A DNA stretch of 19,607 nt, taken from the NCBI GenBank assembly GCA_024404275.1, contig JAKSQG010000016.1:1-19607 (forward strand), given 5' to 3'. A program made the translations under genes and the position numbers. Positions 7,444 through 18,761 of this stretch are shown in pieces (positions within the stretch are counted from its first letter, which is position 1; every line of letters begins with the position of its first letter). The notes under the pieces were generated by a model. The model made no database searches and was not told the origin of the DNA. It worked only from the letters and a program-made list of their open reading frames with translations. The DNA comes from Clostridia bacterium (GTDB taxonomy: Bacteria > Bacillota > Clostridia > Christensenellales > Aristaeellaceae).

Positions 7444-7951
7444 CAAACGGTTGGGACGCTATGACTCCCCTTTGGGGCTCATGGTGCTGGAAGAAACAAA
7501 CGGTGCGCTTTCCGGCGCATGGTTTGAAGGACAGCGGTATTTTACGCCGCCCGAGGATTTTTTGTTCTGCACATCACCGCTTCTGCAACAGGCATTTCAG
7601 TGGCTGGATGTTTATTTTGATGGGCATGACCCGGGCGAATGCCCACCGCTGTGTCCCGAGGGTTCACCCTTCCGCCGGCTCATCTGGAATGAGCTGCGGC
7701 TGATTCCCTACGGAAAGGTCACTACCTATGGTCTCCTGGCAGCAAAAGCCGCACAGCAGCTGGGGAAGCCGCGTATGTCAGCACAGGCGGTTGGCGGCGC
7801 CGTCGGGCATAATCCACTGTCGGTTTTCATTCCCTGTCATCGTGTCATCGGCACCGATGGCTCCCTGACCGGCTATGCCGGCGGTTTGGAAAAGAAAACA
7901 GCGCTGCTGCAGCTGGAAAAAGCCGACCTTACCCGGCTGTATATTCCCTGA
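7433..7951 (+). CDS. ogt: Methylated-DNA--protein-cysteine S-methyltransferase (Ogt/MGMT family)
   Basis: Active-site IPCHRVIG, plus the upstream YGxxA and GxNPxxxxIPCHRV context. ATG 7433 overlaps the clpX 3' end by 11 nt and has no clear SD. TTG 7451 is an alternative start. Confidence 0.85.
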   Translation: MPSDKRLGRYDSPLGLMVLEETNGALSGAWFEGQRYFTPPEDFLFCTSPLLQQAFQWLDVYFDGHDPGECPPLCPEGSPFRRLIWNELRLIPYGKVTTYGLLAAKAAQQLGKPRMSAQAVGGAVGHNPLSVFIPCHRVIGTDGSLTGYAGGLEKKTALLQLEKADLTRLYIP

Positions 7952-7957
7952 CAAAAG

Positions 7958-7992
7958 CAAAACCTTGCACAATGAAAGTGCAAGGTTTTTTC
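7958..7992. terminator. Bidirectional intrinsic terminator between ogt and the convergent HD-domain gene
   Basis: AACCTTGCAC (7961-7970), loop AATGAAA, GTGCAAGGTT (7978-7987). Flanked by an A-run upstream and a T-run downstream. Confidence 0.85.
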
Positions 7993-8002
7993 TTACTCTT
8001 TT

Positions 8003-8587
8003 TCAGCGGATATTTCCCAGCTCGTGATTCTTCTTCAGCATCGCATCCGCCAGTTCAAACAGCTTTTCCGAACCCAACTTGGTTTGGGTATGCCGGCCGT
8101 ACACCTGCTCCAGCGTTACATTGTGCTGGCGCCAGTCGCCGCCGTTGTTGGAGTCATTGAGCATCAGCGGCTGCATGTTATCCATGGCGTGGGCATAGCG
8201 GGATTCGGGCGTTTTTGCCTCTTCGAACTCATCAAAAAGAGCCGTCAGCTCCGCCTGCTGATCGGGCGGCAGAATGGCAAAAATACGCTGCTTGGCCGCC
8301 TCCTCACGTGCCTTCTGCGATTTCTGCGCTTCGAGATCATAGGCATAGGTATCGCCCGCGTCGATCTCAACGATATCATGGATCAGGCACATGATCATGA
8401 CCCGTGCAATGTCCACCGGCTCGTTGGCGTATTCCTTGAGCAGGTACGCCATGATGGCCATGTGCCAGGCGTGCTCAGCGTCATTTTCCCTGCGTCCGCC
8501 GCCCGAAAGATGCGTTTGACGCAGGATATTTTTTTCTTTATCGATCTCCAGTGAAAACGCCATCTGGCGCTCAAGCCTTTCGTCCAT
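8003..8587 (-). CDS. HD-domain metal-dependent phosphohydrolase (YfbR-like 5'-deoxynucleotidase family)
   Basis: 194 aa with ENDAEHAWHMA (His) and LIHDIVEIDAGDT (HD...D) motifs, arranged as in YfbR/HD_3 proteins. RBS AAAGGGA lies upstream. Confidence 0.8.
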   Translation of the reverse strand: MDERLERQMAFSLEIDKEKNILRQTHLSGGGRRENDAEHAWHMAIMAYLLKEYANEPVDIARVMIMCLIHDIVEIDAGDTYAYDLEAQKSQKAREEAAKQRIFAILPPDQQAELTALFDEFEEAKTPESRYAHAMDNMQPLMLNDSNNGGDWRQHNVTLEQVYGRHTQTKLGSEKLFELADAMLKKNHELGNIR

Positions 8588-8619
8588 TTTCTTATCCCTT
8601 TCAGTTCATTTTTTATCAG

Positions 8620-8648
8620 ATTATAGCATTTTTATTTCAATTCCGCAA
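8620..8648 (-). promoter_or_regulatory. Candidate promoter of the HD gene: TTGCGG (8648-8643), 17 nt, extended -10 TGcTATAAT (ends at 8620)
   Basis: Read on the reverse complement of the AT-rich divergent intergenic region. Confidence 0.5.
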
Positions 8649-8678
8649 TATTATGCAATATTTGATGCGAAAGATGCT

Positions 8679-8707
8679 TTGACAGGATTATCGAAAACTG
8701 ATATAAT
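8679..8707 (+). promoter_or_regulatory. GntR-gene promoter: TTGACA (8679-8684), 17 nt, extended -10 TGaTATAAT (8699-8707)
   Basis: Perfect -35 and -10 hexamers with optimal spacing, read directly. Confidence 0.7.
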
Positions 8708-8754
8708 ATTTTCGGAAAAACCCAAATATTTCCTTTACAAAGCTGAAAGGGGCA

Positions 8755-9399
8755 TTGATTTTGCGTCCTGTCGATCGCGTTTATCAGTCCTTGTACCAGA
8801 AAATCATGAATGGTGAGTATTCACCGGCTGAAACATTGATTGAGACCAATCTGGTCAATGAATATAACGTCAGTCACAACACCGTCAAAAAAGCCTTGCT
8901 GATGCTGCTCAGTGAAGGTCTTATCGACATGGAACCCAACAAGAGTGCCCGCGTCACATCCTGCACTGCCAAGGATGTGCTGGATACCATCGATCTTGGG
9001 TTGCTGCTGCTGCCTTACAACGTCCGGTTGACGGTACCCGTGATCAATGATACAGTGCTGATGAAGCTGAGAAACGCTCTCGAAGAGATGGAAAACCTGT
9101 ACCGCCGTCAGGATTACCCCAGCTACGGCAGTGCCGCCCTGCGGTATCTGATGCCCCTTTACGCAGCTTGTCCGAACCGCATCTCCAGTGAAATCGCCGT
9201 CAAGCTGATGGGACGTATCTCACGCTATTATGCGCGGCTGCTGTCGCTTTCCGCCTGCATGGAACGGATACTCCACAATTACCGTACCATCCTGACCGCG
9301 TTGGAGCATCGTGATGCCGAAGCCGCTGCCGAGGCTGTGACCGCCGGCATCATGGCTTTCAAGGAAGATTTTCTGCGCAGTCAAAGCATTATACTGTAA
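8755..9399 (+). CDS. GntR-family transcriptional regulator, FadR/FCD-type C-terminal domain
   Basis: N-terminal winged HTH (ETNLVNEYNVSHNTVKKALLMLLSEGLIDMEPNKSARV). All-helical C-terminus ends in the FCD-like stretch HNYRTILTALEHRDAEAAAEAV. TTG start with AAAGGGG upstream. GC is lower than in neighbouring genes. Confidence 0.8.
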   Translation: MILRPVDRVYQSLYQKIMNGEYSPAETLIETNLVNEYNVSHNTVKKALLMLLSEGLIDMEPNKSARVTSCTAKDVLDTIDLGLLLLPYNVRLTVPVINDTVLMKLRNALEEMENLYRRQDYPSYGSAALRYLMPLYAACPNRISSEIAVKLMGRISRYYARLLSLSACMERILHNYRTILTALEHRDAEAAAEAVTAGIMAFKEDFLRSQSIIL

Positions 9400-9410
9400 C
9401 ATCTGCATAC

Positions 9411-9441
9411 AAAAAGCGGGAAGCTGCCTTCCCGCTTTTTT
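9411..9441. terminator. Bidirectional intrinsic terminator between the GntR gene and the convergent beta-propeller gene
   Basis: AAAAAGCGGGAAG (9411-9423), loop CTGC, CTTCCCGCTTTTT (9428-9440). Confidence 0.88.
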
Positions 9442-9446
9442 GATTG

Positions 9447-11444
9447 TCAGTTCAGACGAATACCGTACATATACGCGTTGTTTTTGGAGCAGGTACCGAT
9501 GACCAGCATGTCATTGTACACAGCCGGGCTGCCCTGAATTTCGCCACCCAGGTTCAGCGCATCACACATGGCACCCGTACTGCCATCCATCATATACAAA
9601 ATGCCATCCTGACCGCCCTGAATGACCCAAGCCCTGCCCTCGGCGTTATAAACAGCCACAGGACTGGACACGCAATTGCAGTCCAGCACATTTTCCCATA
9701 CAAGCTCGCCCGTCTGCTTGTTGAGCGCGATGATGCGGGATTTTTTGCCGCCATCCGTCATATTGACGGTGAAGATCACCAGATCTTCGATCGTCTGATC
9801 GCCCACCAGCGGACTGGCTTTGAGACCGGAAAGCTGATCGGCATCATAGTTGCAGGTGACCGTATAGGTCCAGTTAGTCTCACCCGTCAGGGCATTCATG
9901 CCGCGAAGAGTGGCCAGCTTTTTACTCTTGGTACGGGCGTACACGGTGTTGCCGGTAAACAGCGACACACTGCCGTTCTCGTCCGTATCAAGGGCGATGG
10001 CAGCATCCACATTATCGCCGACATCCGCCGCCCACACAGCCGACATGGTATCGGTATCGATGCACTGCAGAATACCATAGGTATCCGCCGTGTACAGGTA
10101 TTTGCCGTACATGGCCAGACTGGTCTCGATACCGGTCTTGTTTTCGGCTTCACTGCCCGATTTTGTCTTGAGCACTACAGAATCGGGGTTCAGGGTCAGA
10201 CGCGCCGTATCCAGCAGATTGCCCGCCCCGTCCCGGAAGGTGAAGGTCGGGTTCAGCGCAATGGTGTAGATGAGGCCGTTCTCACCGCCGACCATCATGG
10301 TGTGGGTCTCGCGATCGATCAGCGCGCTGCCGTCAAAAGCACCGTTATTGACGTACTGGCTCTGTGTGGAGGAGGAACGGCCGCTGACAAACAGCAGCTC
10401 CTTGCCATCCAGCAGGCTGTACACATGGAAACCGATGGGGCCCGTACTCTTGGGCAGCTTGGAAATGGCCTGACCTACCGTCAGCAGCGGATAGCCATAG
10501 GGATCGACGCTGACAGAGGATTTGATGGGATAACCCAACTTGATGGGATCACGCGTGGGCTGGCCGTCATTGAGATCGAGGAAGTAGATATTGCCGTCCT
10601 GTGCGCCGAAAATAACTTCCTTCAGGGCCGGTACCGTGCGCTTGGCATCATAGATGTTCATCCATTTTTCGCGGGCTGTTTGCGCCCACTTGATGATGGC
10701 GGGCTGCCCCGTACAGCCCACGCCATACAGGGTGCCGTTGTCCGAGGTCTTGAGGCTGCCCAGCTCGTACTTCCACTCCACACTCAGCTTGGCCAACGCC
10801 ATCTCCGCCGTGCCGGATACGGCATTCTGGCGGAAATTGCTGCCGCGGAAGGCAAACACACCGCAGCCCAGATAACCCTCGTTGATGTAAGCGGAAGGCT
10901 CACGCAGCACGATGGATTCCTTGCGGGTATAATTCTTGGTGGATTTACCGTTCTGATAGACTGTACCTGTGATTTTCAGTTTTTTGGGCATTGTGCTGTC
11001 CACCGCGGCAGCCTCCTGCAAAGGCAAGGGCGTAGCTGTCGGCACTGCCGTGGGAACAGCCGTGGGAACAGCCGTCGGCTCGGCAGTCGGTACTGCCGTA
11101 GGAGCAGCGGTCGGTTCAGTTGTCGGCACCGCTGTCGGCTCCTGTGCCTTGCCCGCGGCAGCCTCAATGACACCGCCGCCGATCAGCTGAAGACCCTCTG
11201 CCGGCAGATAACCGACCTTGCCATCCAGCGTATAGATGCGGCACCACAGTGTGCCGTTCACCGCAACGGTGTCCTCTGTTTCCAGCTGCAGAAGCGTATT
11301 GGCAGCGACCTGAAAAACAACGTCTCCGCCAGCCGCTTCCGACCGCATCTCCGCTGCCTGTGTGGTCAGGGCACTGCGTCTTTCCGCTTGTGCCACGCCG
11401 CAGCAGATCAACAGGATCAGCAGAAGGGTTAAGGCTTTTTTCAT
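9447..11444 (-). CDS. Secreted protein: signal peptide, SH3b-like domain, Pro/Thr/Ala linker, PQQ-like (BamB-like) beta-propeller repeats
   Basis: Signal peptide MKKALTLLLILLICCGVAQA|E. An SH3b-like segment spans about aa 41-88 (WCRIYTLDGKVGYLPAEGL). The (E/A)PTAVPT linker covers aa ~101-141. Repeated motifs of the PQQ_2-type propeller follow (ALNALTGETNWTY, ALNKQTGELVWEN, MDGSTGAM). RBS GGAAAGGAA lies 18 nt after the upstream gene's stop. Confidence 0.75.
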   Translation of the reverse strand: MKKALTLLLILLICCGVAQAERRSALTTQAAEMRSEAAGGDVVFQVAANTLLQLETEDTVAVNGTLWCRIYTLDGKVGYLPAEGLQLIGGGVIEAAAGKAQEPTAVPTTEPTAAPTAVPTAEPTAVPTAVPTAVPTATPLPLQEAAAVDSTMPKKLKITGTVYQNGKSTKNYTRKESIVLREPSAYINEGYLGCGVFAFRGSNFRQNAVSGTAEMALAKLSVEWKYELGSLKTSDNGTLYGVGCTGQPAIIKWAQTAREKWMNIYDAKRTVPALKEVIFGAQDGNIYFLDLNDGQPTRDPIKLGYPIKSSVSVDPYGYPLLTVGQAISKLPKSTGPIGFHVYSLLDGKELLFVSGRSSSTQSQYVNNGAFDGSALIDRETHTMMVGGENGLIYTIALNPTFTFRDGAGNLLDTARLTLNPDSVVLKTKSGSEAENKTGIETSLAMYGKYLYTADTYGILQCIDTDTMSAVWAADVGDNVDAAIALDTDENGSVSLFTGNTVYARTKSKKLATLRGMNALTGETNWTYTVTCNYDADQLSGLKASPLVGDQTIEDLVIFTVNMTDGGKKSRIIALNKQTGELVWENVLDCNCVSSPVAVYNAEGRAWVIQGGQDGILYMMDGSTGAMCDALNLGGEIQGSPAVYNDMLVIGTCSKNNAYMYGIRLN
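11022..11144 (-). repeat. Imperfect 12-nt tandem repeats inside the CDS, encoding the PTAV/EPTA linker
   Basis: The plus strand reads gccgtgggaaca gccgtgggaaca gccgtcggctcg gcagtcggtact gccgtaggagca gcggtcggttca... This translates on the minus strand to EPTAVPTTEPTAAPTAVPTAEPTAVPTAVPTAVPTATP. Confidence 0.85.
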
Positions 11445-11462
11445 ACTTGTTGTTCCTTTCCT

Positions 11463-11930
11463 TTACTGGGCAAACCGCAGCTGCAGCACATAAAAGTAAC
11501 TGGACAGCCGGTTCATGGCAAGAAGCAGGTCCTCCCGTTCCTCGGGGTAGGCATGAATGGCCGCCAGCTCTGCCTCTCTTGTCAAGGCACGCAGACGGTT
11601 CATCTGCAGGGAAAGTCTTCCGTTGCTGACCGAAGGCTGAATGTGCCCGGCAAATCCCATCTTTTCGGGATTGTGTGACAGCTTCTGCACATTTTCGGCG
11701 TTCATGCCGCCAAGCGTCCAGGCGGTAAGCGGCTTACCGGTCACACCGGAGCTCATCACCTGACGAAGCAGATTGACAGCATCCAGCAGCAGCCCCTGGT
11801 ATTCCGTCGGACTGTCGCACATGGCCAGCAGGATCTCGCTCTCCAATGTATCCACCTTGCCGCGGAACACAATGCGCGCGTCGGTTTTTTCCACGCGGAG
11901 CTCCGCGTTCAGGTCTGTCAGATGTTCCAT
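11463..11930 (-). CDS. Cobalamin adenosyltransferase-like protein (PduO/EutT-type helical-bundle fold), function uncertain
   Basis: 155 aa. RVEKTDARIVFRGKVDTLESEIL resembles the (R/K)V.K.D.R...G..DEL segment of PduO-type enzymes. NRLRALTREAE and LLLAMNRLSSYFYVL resemble the RR(A/S)ER and LNRLSD.lf.laR segments. The canonical N-terminal GDxGxT ATP motif is not visible. Strong RBS GGAGGG; the start overlaps the PHP gene's end by 13 nt. Confidence 0.5.
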   Translation of the reverse strand: MEHLTDLNAELRVEKTDARIVFRGKVDTLESEILLAMCDSPTEYQGLLLDAVNLLRQVMSSGVTGKPLTAWTLGGMNAENVQKLSHNPEKMGFAGHIQPSVSNGRLSLQMNRLRALTREAELAAIHAYPEEREDLLLAMNRLSSYFYVLQLRFAQ

Positions 11931-12613
11931 ACACCCTCCGGATGTTCCAGCTCATAGCGGCCGGAACGCAGTATTTCAAGCAGTTTCTGATTGTCGCGGA
12001 TCCGTTCTTCCGTCAGGATGCCGCCGTTTGTATTGCCATCGGCATGATGCAGGTCACTGCCGCTGGTCATCAGCAAGCCGTGTTTTTTTGCCCAGATATA
12101 CGCCAGATAATCGTGGCTGTCATGACCCGCATTGCCATTGAAGGCTTCCACGCCGTCCAGCAGGTTGTTTTGCATGATGAGCGTCTGATAACGGAAGGGA
12201 TGCGCCTGCACCAGCAGCAATCCTGCCTCACGGACGGCGTCGCTGAGCTGCTTCAGGGTAAAATGCAGCATTTCCCCCGTCTTCAGCAGCCAATCTTCCG
12301 TCACGCCATACACCAGATAATCGTTGGAAAGATACTTTTCCCGTGATTCGCTCAGGTTGATCTCACAGCCCAGCAGCACATCAAAATCATCCCCGGCTGC
12401 TTCCTTCAAAGCGTTATAACCGCTCATGAAGTGATGCACCTTTTCTTCCCAACTGGCATCCTCCATCTGATAGAAGGTCCACAGGTTGATATGGTTGGTG
12501 GAGACCATGCCATGATAGCCCGCAGCCTTCAGCACCGCTACTTCTTCCGCGGGTGTGATATCCGCACAGTGGCTGACACCCTTGGAGTGGGTGTGCATTT
12601 CCAGCTTATACAT
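11918..12613 (-). CDS. PHP-domain metal-dependent phosphoesterase
   Basis: 231 aa. N-terminal LEMHTHSKGVSHC (HxH plus downstream His/Asp ligands such as STNH, QAHPFR, GSDLHH) is typical of the PHP superfamily. RBS AAGGAAGG lies inside the lacZ 3' end, and the start is 1 nt after the lacZ stop. Confidence 0.75.
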   Translation of the reverse strand: MYKLEMHTHSKGVSHCADITPAEEVAVLKAAGYHGMVSTNHINLWTFYQMEDASWEEKVHHFMSGYNALKEAAGDDFDVLLGCEINLSESREKYLSNDYLVYGVTEDWLLKTGEMLHFTLKQLSDAVREAGLLLVQAHPFRYQTLIMQNNLLDGVEAFNGNAGHDSHDYLAYIWAKKHGLLMTSGSDLHHADGNTNGGILTEERIRDNQKLLEILRSGRYELEHPEGVWNI

Positions 12614-12614
12614 T

Positions 12615-15647
<3,033 letters not shown>

Positions 15648-15676
15648 TCATGAGTTCGCGCTAAAAGCGCAGTATA

Positions 15677-15705
15677 ATTATATGTTTTTTGCCTGCGTCT
15701 GTCAA
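15677..15705 (-). promoter_or_regulatory. lacZ-operon promoter: TTGACA (15705-15700), 17 nt, TATAAT (15682-15677)
   Basis: The reverse complement reads TTGACAgacgcaggcaaaaaacaTATAAT. Both hexamers are perfect. Confidence 0.7.
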
Positions 15706-15746
15706 GAAAACGCCTGATTCGGCAGGCAATTCCAAAGTGTTCGGCA

Positions 15747-15782
15747 TATAAAAACAGCGCGGAGAAAGCTCTCCGCACTGTT
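15747..15782 (-). terminator. Intrinsic terminator ending the pckA-oad operon
   Basis: AACAG-c-GCGGAGA (15753-15765), loop AAGC, TCTCCGC-a-CTGTT (15770-15782). On the minus-strand RNA the hairpin is followed by UUUUUAUAU. Confidence 0.8.
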
Positions 15783-15793
15783 TGTTATTGTAC

Positions 15794-17185
15794 TTAGTTG
15801 CCGAGGTCTTCGACGACCAGCTCACGAACCGCGTTGGGATCGGGCTTGTGGTCGCGCTTCTGGAAGAAGGCGGTGGCCACCTGCGGGAAGAGGGCGTAGC
15901 TCAGCACATCCTCTTCGCACTTGGCGATGCCTTCGGTCTCCTTGCGCAGCTCGGGCAGCATGGGCTTGATGAGGTCCGCAGGACGGCAGGCGATGACTTC
16001 GTCATTGCCAATGGCCTTCTTGCGCACTTCCTCGTTGACGGGAGCGGGCAGACGGCCATACTCGCCGCGCAGGATACCCTTGGACTCCTTGGAGACCATC
16101 TTGTAGCGCTCGCCGCTCAGCACGTTCAGCACCGCCTGGGTACCGACGATCTGGCTGGAGGGCGTTACCAGGGGAGGATAACCGAAGTCCTTGCGGACAC
16201 GCGGCACCTCGGCCAGCACGTCATAGTACTTGTCCGCGGCGTTTGCCTGCTTCAGCTGGTTGAGCAGGTTGCTCAGCATGCCGCCGGGCACCTGATAGAC
16301 CAGGGTCTTGGCATCGGTGTTGAGCACCTTGGGATCGAGGATACCATCGGCACGCAGCTTGTCAGCCACCTTGCGGAAATGCACAGCGGCATCCAGCAGC
16401 TTGCTCATATCCAGACCGGTATCATACTCGGTGCCCTGCAGAGTAGCCACCAGGGATTCGGTACAGGGATTGGAGGTACCGCCGGACAGAGGAGACAGCG
16501 CGGTATCCACGATATCCACGCCGGCCTGAATGGCCATCAGATAGGTCATAGCGCCGGTACCAGTGGTGTCGTGCGTGTGCAGATGGATCGGCACCTTCAC
16601 GTTGGCCTTGAGCTTCTTGACCAGGGAGTAGGCGTCATAGGGCAGCAGCAGGTTGGCCATGTCCTTGATGCAGATGGTATCAGCGCCCATCTGCTCCAGC
16701 TCGATGGCCAGCTTGACGAAGTACTCTTCGTTGTGCACGGGGCTGGAGGTGTAGCTGAAAGCAGCTTCCACCAGACCGCCGGCCTTCTTGACGGCCTTCA
16801 TAGCGCACTCAAGGTTGCGGGTATCGTTCAAGGCGTCAAAGATGCGGACGACGCTGATGCCGTTTTCAACGGACTTCTGGCAGAATTCTTCCACCACGTC
16901 ATCGGCATAGTGCTTGTAGCCCAGCAGGTTCTGACCGCGCAGCAGCATCTGCAGCTTGGTGTTGGGCATGTGCTTCTTCAGCTCACGCAGACGCACCCAG
17001 GGATCTTCATCCAGGAAGCGCATGCAGCTGTCAAAGGTGGCACCGCCCCAGCACTCCAGGGACCAGTAGCCGATGCTGTCCAGCAGTTCGCAGGCGGGCA
17101 GCATATCCTCCAGGCGCATACGGGTTGCAGCCTGAGACTGGTGAGCATCGCGCAGGATGGTATCGGTAATATTGATCTTTGCCAT
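15794..17185 (-). CDS. oadA: Oxaloacetate decarboxylase alpha subunit / carboxyltransferase (5S-type), with no fused biotinyl domain
   Basis: 463 aa. The N-terminus ITDTILRDAHQSQAATRMR...ECWGGATFD is the pyruvate-carboxyltransferase (HMGL-like) signature shared by OadA, PycB and transcarboxylase 5S. It ends before any AMKM biotin domain. Confidence 0.85.
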   Translation of the reverse strand: MAKINITDTILRDAHQSQAATRMRLEDMLPACELLDSIGYWSLECWGGATFDSCMRFLDEDPWVRLRELKKHMPNTKLQMLLRGQNLLGYKHYADDVVEEFCQKSVENGISVVRIFDALNDTRNLECAMKAVKKAGGLVEAAFSYTSSPVHNEEYFVKLAIELEQMGADTICIKDMANLLLPYDAYSLVKKLKANVKVPIHLHTHDTTGTGAMTYLMAIQAGVDIVDTALSPLSGGTSNPCTESLVATLQGTEYDTGLDMSKLLDAAVHFRKVADKLRADGILDPKVLNTDAKTLVYQVPGGMLSNLLNQLKQANAADKYYDVLAEVPRVRKDFGYPPLVTPSSQIVGTQAVLNVLSGERYKMVSKESKGILRGEYGRLPAPVNEEVRKKAIGNDEVIACRPADLIKPMLPELRKETEGIAKCEEDVLSYALFPQVATAFFQKRDHKPDPNAVRELVVEDLGN

Positions 17186-17198
17186 TTTTCAGTCCCCC

Positions 17199-18371
17199 TT
17201 AGGCCATGCCGAAGAGCGCCAGCATAACGCCGGCAGCGATGGCGGAGCCGATAACGCCGGCCACGTTGGGGCCCATGGCGTGCATCAGCAGGAAGTTGCC
17301 GGGATTGGCCTTCTGGCCTTCCTTCTGGGAAACACGGGCCGCCATAGGCACGGCGGAAACGCCGGCAGAGCCGATGAGCGGATTGATCTTTTCCTTCAGG
17401 AAGAGGTTCATGAACTTGGCCAGCAGCACGCCGCCCGCAGAACCGCAGCCGAAGGCGAAGATACCCATGGCCATGATCTTGATGGTGTTCAGGCTCAGGA
17501 AGGTGTTGGCGGTGGCGGTAGCGCCGACGCAAACGCCCAGGAAGATGGTGACGGTGTTCATCAGGCCGTTCTGGGCGGTCTTGTCCAGACGGTCGGCAAC
17601 GCCGGTCACGTGCAGCAGGTTACCCAGCATCAGGCAGCCGATAAGGGGAGCCGCGGAGGGAACCAGCATGGCCACGAAGGTGGTCACCACGAAGGGGAAG
17701 ATGATCTTCTCGGTCTTGGACACCTTGCGCAGGGGCTTCATGACGATCTGACGTTCCTTTTCGGTGGTCAGGGCGCGCATGATGGGCGGCTGGATGACGG
17801 GAACCAGCGCCATGTAGCTGTATGCAGCCACGGCGATGGGACCCAGCAGCTGGGGAGCGAGGCGAATGGCGGTATAGATGGCGGTAGGACCGTCCGCGCC
17901 GCCGATGATGCCGATGGCACCCGCTTCAGCGCCGGTGAAGCCCAGCACCTTGGACAGGATGAAGACGATGAAGATACCGATCTGAGCAGCAGCGCCCAGC
18001 AGCAGGGTCTTCGGGTTGGCCAGCAGGGGCTCGAAGTCCGTGCCGGCGCCAACGCCGATGAAGATCAGGCAGGGATAGATACCCAGCTTGACGCCCAGGT
18101 AGAGGTAGTCCAGCAGACCGCCGCCGGCCTTGAGCATATCCCAGTGCACATGGCCGCCCGCGAAGAATTCCTCGTGGAACATGCCGGCACCGGGCAGGTT
18201 GGTCAGCAGCATACCGAAAGAGATGGGCAGCAGCAGGAGCGGCTCAAACTTTTTGACGATAGCCAGATACGCCAGCACAAAGGCGATGGCAATCATGGCG
18301 ATCATCTTCCAGTCAGCAGCCAGCAGGGCAAAACCCGTTTGGCTCCAGAAGTTGGAAATTGTTTCTAACAT
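17199..18371 (-). CDS. oadB: Sodium ion-translocating decarboxylase beta subunit (OadB/GcdB/MmdB family)
   Basis: 390 aa polytopic membrane protein. The N-terminus and overall pattern ([19 protein letters not shown]; [10 protein letters not shown]; [13 protein letters not shown]) are typical of the family. Confidence 0.9.
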   Translation of the reverse strand: MLETISNFWSQTGFALLAADWKMIAMIAIAFVLAYLAIVKKFEPLLLLPISFGMLLTNLPGAGMFHEEFFAGGHVHWDMLKAGGGLLDYLYLGVKLGIYPCLIFIGVGAGTDFEPLLANPKTLLLGAAAQIGIFIVFILSKVLGFTGAEAGAIGIIGGADGPTAIYTAIRLAPQLLGPIAVAAYSYMALVPVIQPPIMRALTTEKERQIVMKPLRKVSKTEKIIFPFVVTTFVAMLVPSAAPLIGCLMLGNLLHVTGVADRLDKTAQNGLMNTVTIFLGVCVGATATANTFLSLNTIKIMAMGIFAFGCGSAGGVLLAKFMNLFLKEKINPLIGSAGVSAVPMAARVSQKEGQKANPGNFLLMHAMGPNVAGVIGSAIAAGVMLALFGMA

Positions 18372-18386
18372 AGCTGAACCTCCGCC

Positions 18387-18740
18387 TTACGCGATGGTCA
18401 GAAGCACAGCGCCGCTGGCCACCTGCTGGCCCTTGGTGACCTGAACGGCACCAACGGTACCGTCGCAGGGAGCCATGATCTCGTTTTCCATCTTCATGGC
18501 CTCGAGGACCGCCAGCACATCGCCCTTCTTGACGGCCTTGCCGGGGGTGACGTTGACGCTCAGGATGGTGCCGGGCATGGGAGCGGTAATGCTCTGGCCG
18601 CCGGCAGGAGCGGCAGCGGGGGCGGGAGCAGCAGCCTTGGGGGCGGCAGCGGGAGCGGGAGCGGCGGCAGCAGCGCCTTCCAGAACTTCCAGGGTGATAT
18701 CGTAGGCAGTGCCGTTTACGGTTACACGATACTTTTTCAT
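18387..18740 (-). CDS. Biotin carboxyl carrier protein of the decarboxylase (OadD/GcdC/MmdC-like)
   Basis: 117 aa with an Ala/Pro-rich linker and the biotinylation motif LEAMKMENEI. Confidence 0.9.
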   Translation of the reverse strand: MKKYRVTVNGTAYDITLEVLEGAAAAAPAPAAAPKAAAPAPAAAPAGGQSITAPMPGTILSVNVTPGKAVKKGDVLAVLEAMKMENEIMAPCDGTVGAVQVTKGQQVASGAVLLTIA

Positions 18741-18761
18741 TTTTGACGTCCTCCTCGGGTG

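Noticed and set aside
6094-7446. 450-aa ORF antisense to clpX, and the similar antisense ORF 4063-4848 opposite tig
   Set aside because: These are shadow ORFs opposite strongly supported genes. Composition is biased, there are no motifs, and the starts fall inside neighbouring genes.
11022-11144. Tandem 12-nt repeats as a CRISPR array or non-coding VNTR
   Set aside because: The repeats are contiguous with no spacers, remain in frame, and translate to a PT-rich linker inside a long ORF.
9444-11432. 662-aa + strand ORF opposite the secreted propeller gene
   Set aside because: The minus-strand reading gives a signal peptide, a linker and repeated propeller motifs. The plus-strand reading is Arg/Gly/His/Ala-rich nonsense with no RBS.
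15782-18368. Long + strand ORFs (481 and 403 aa) opposite oadA and oadB, plus the smaller 18475-19251 + strand ORFs
   Set aside because: They lie antisense to conserved decarboxylase subunits, and their translations are Gly/Ala/His/Gln/Asp-rich with no domain signatures.
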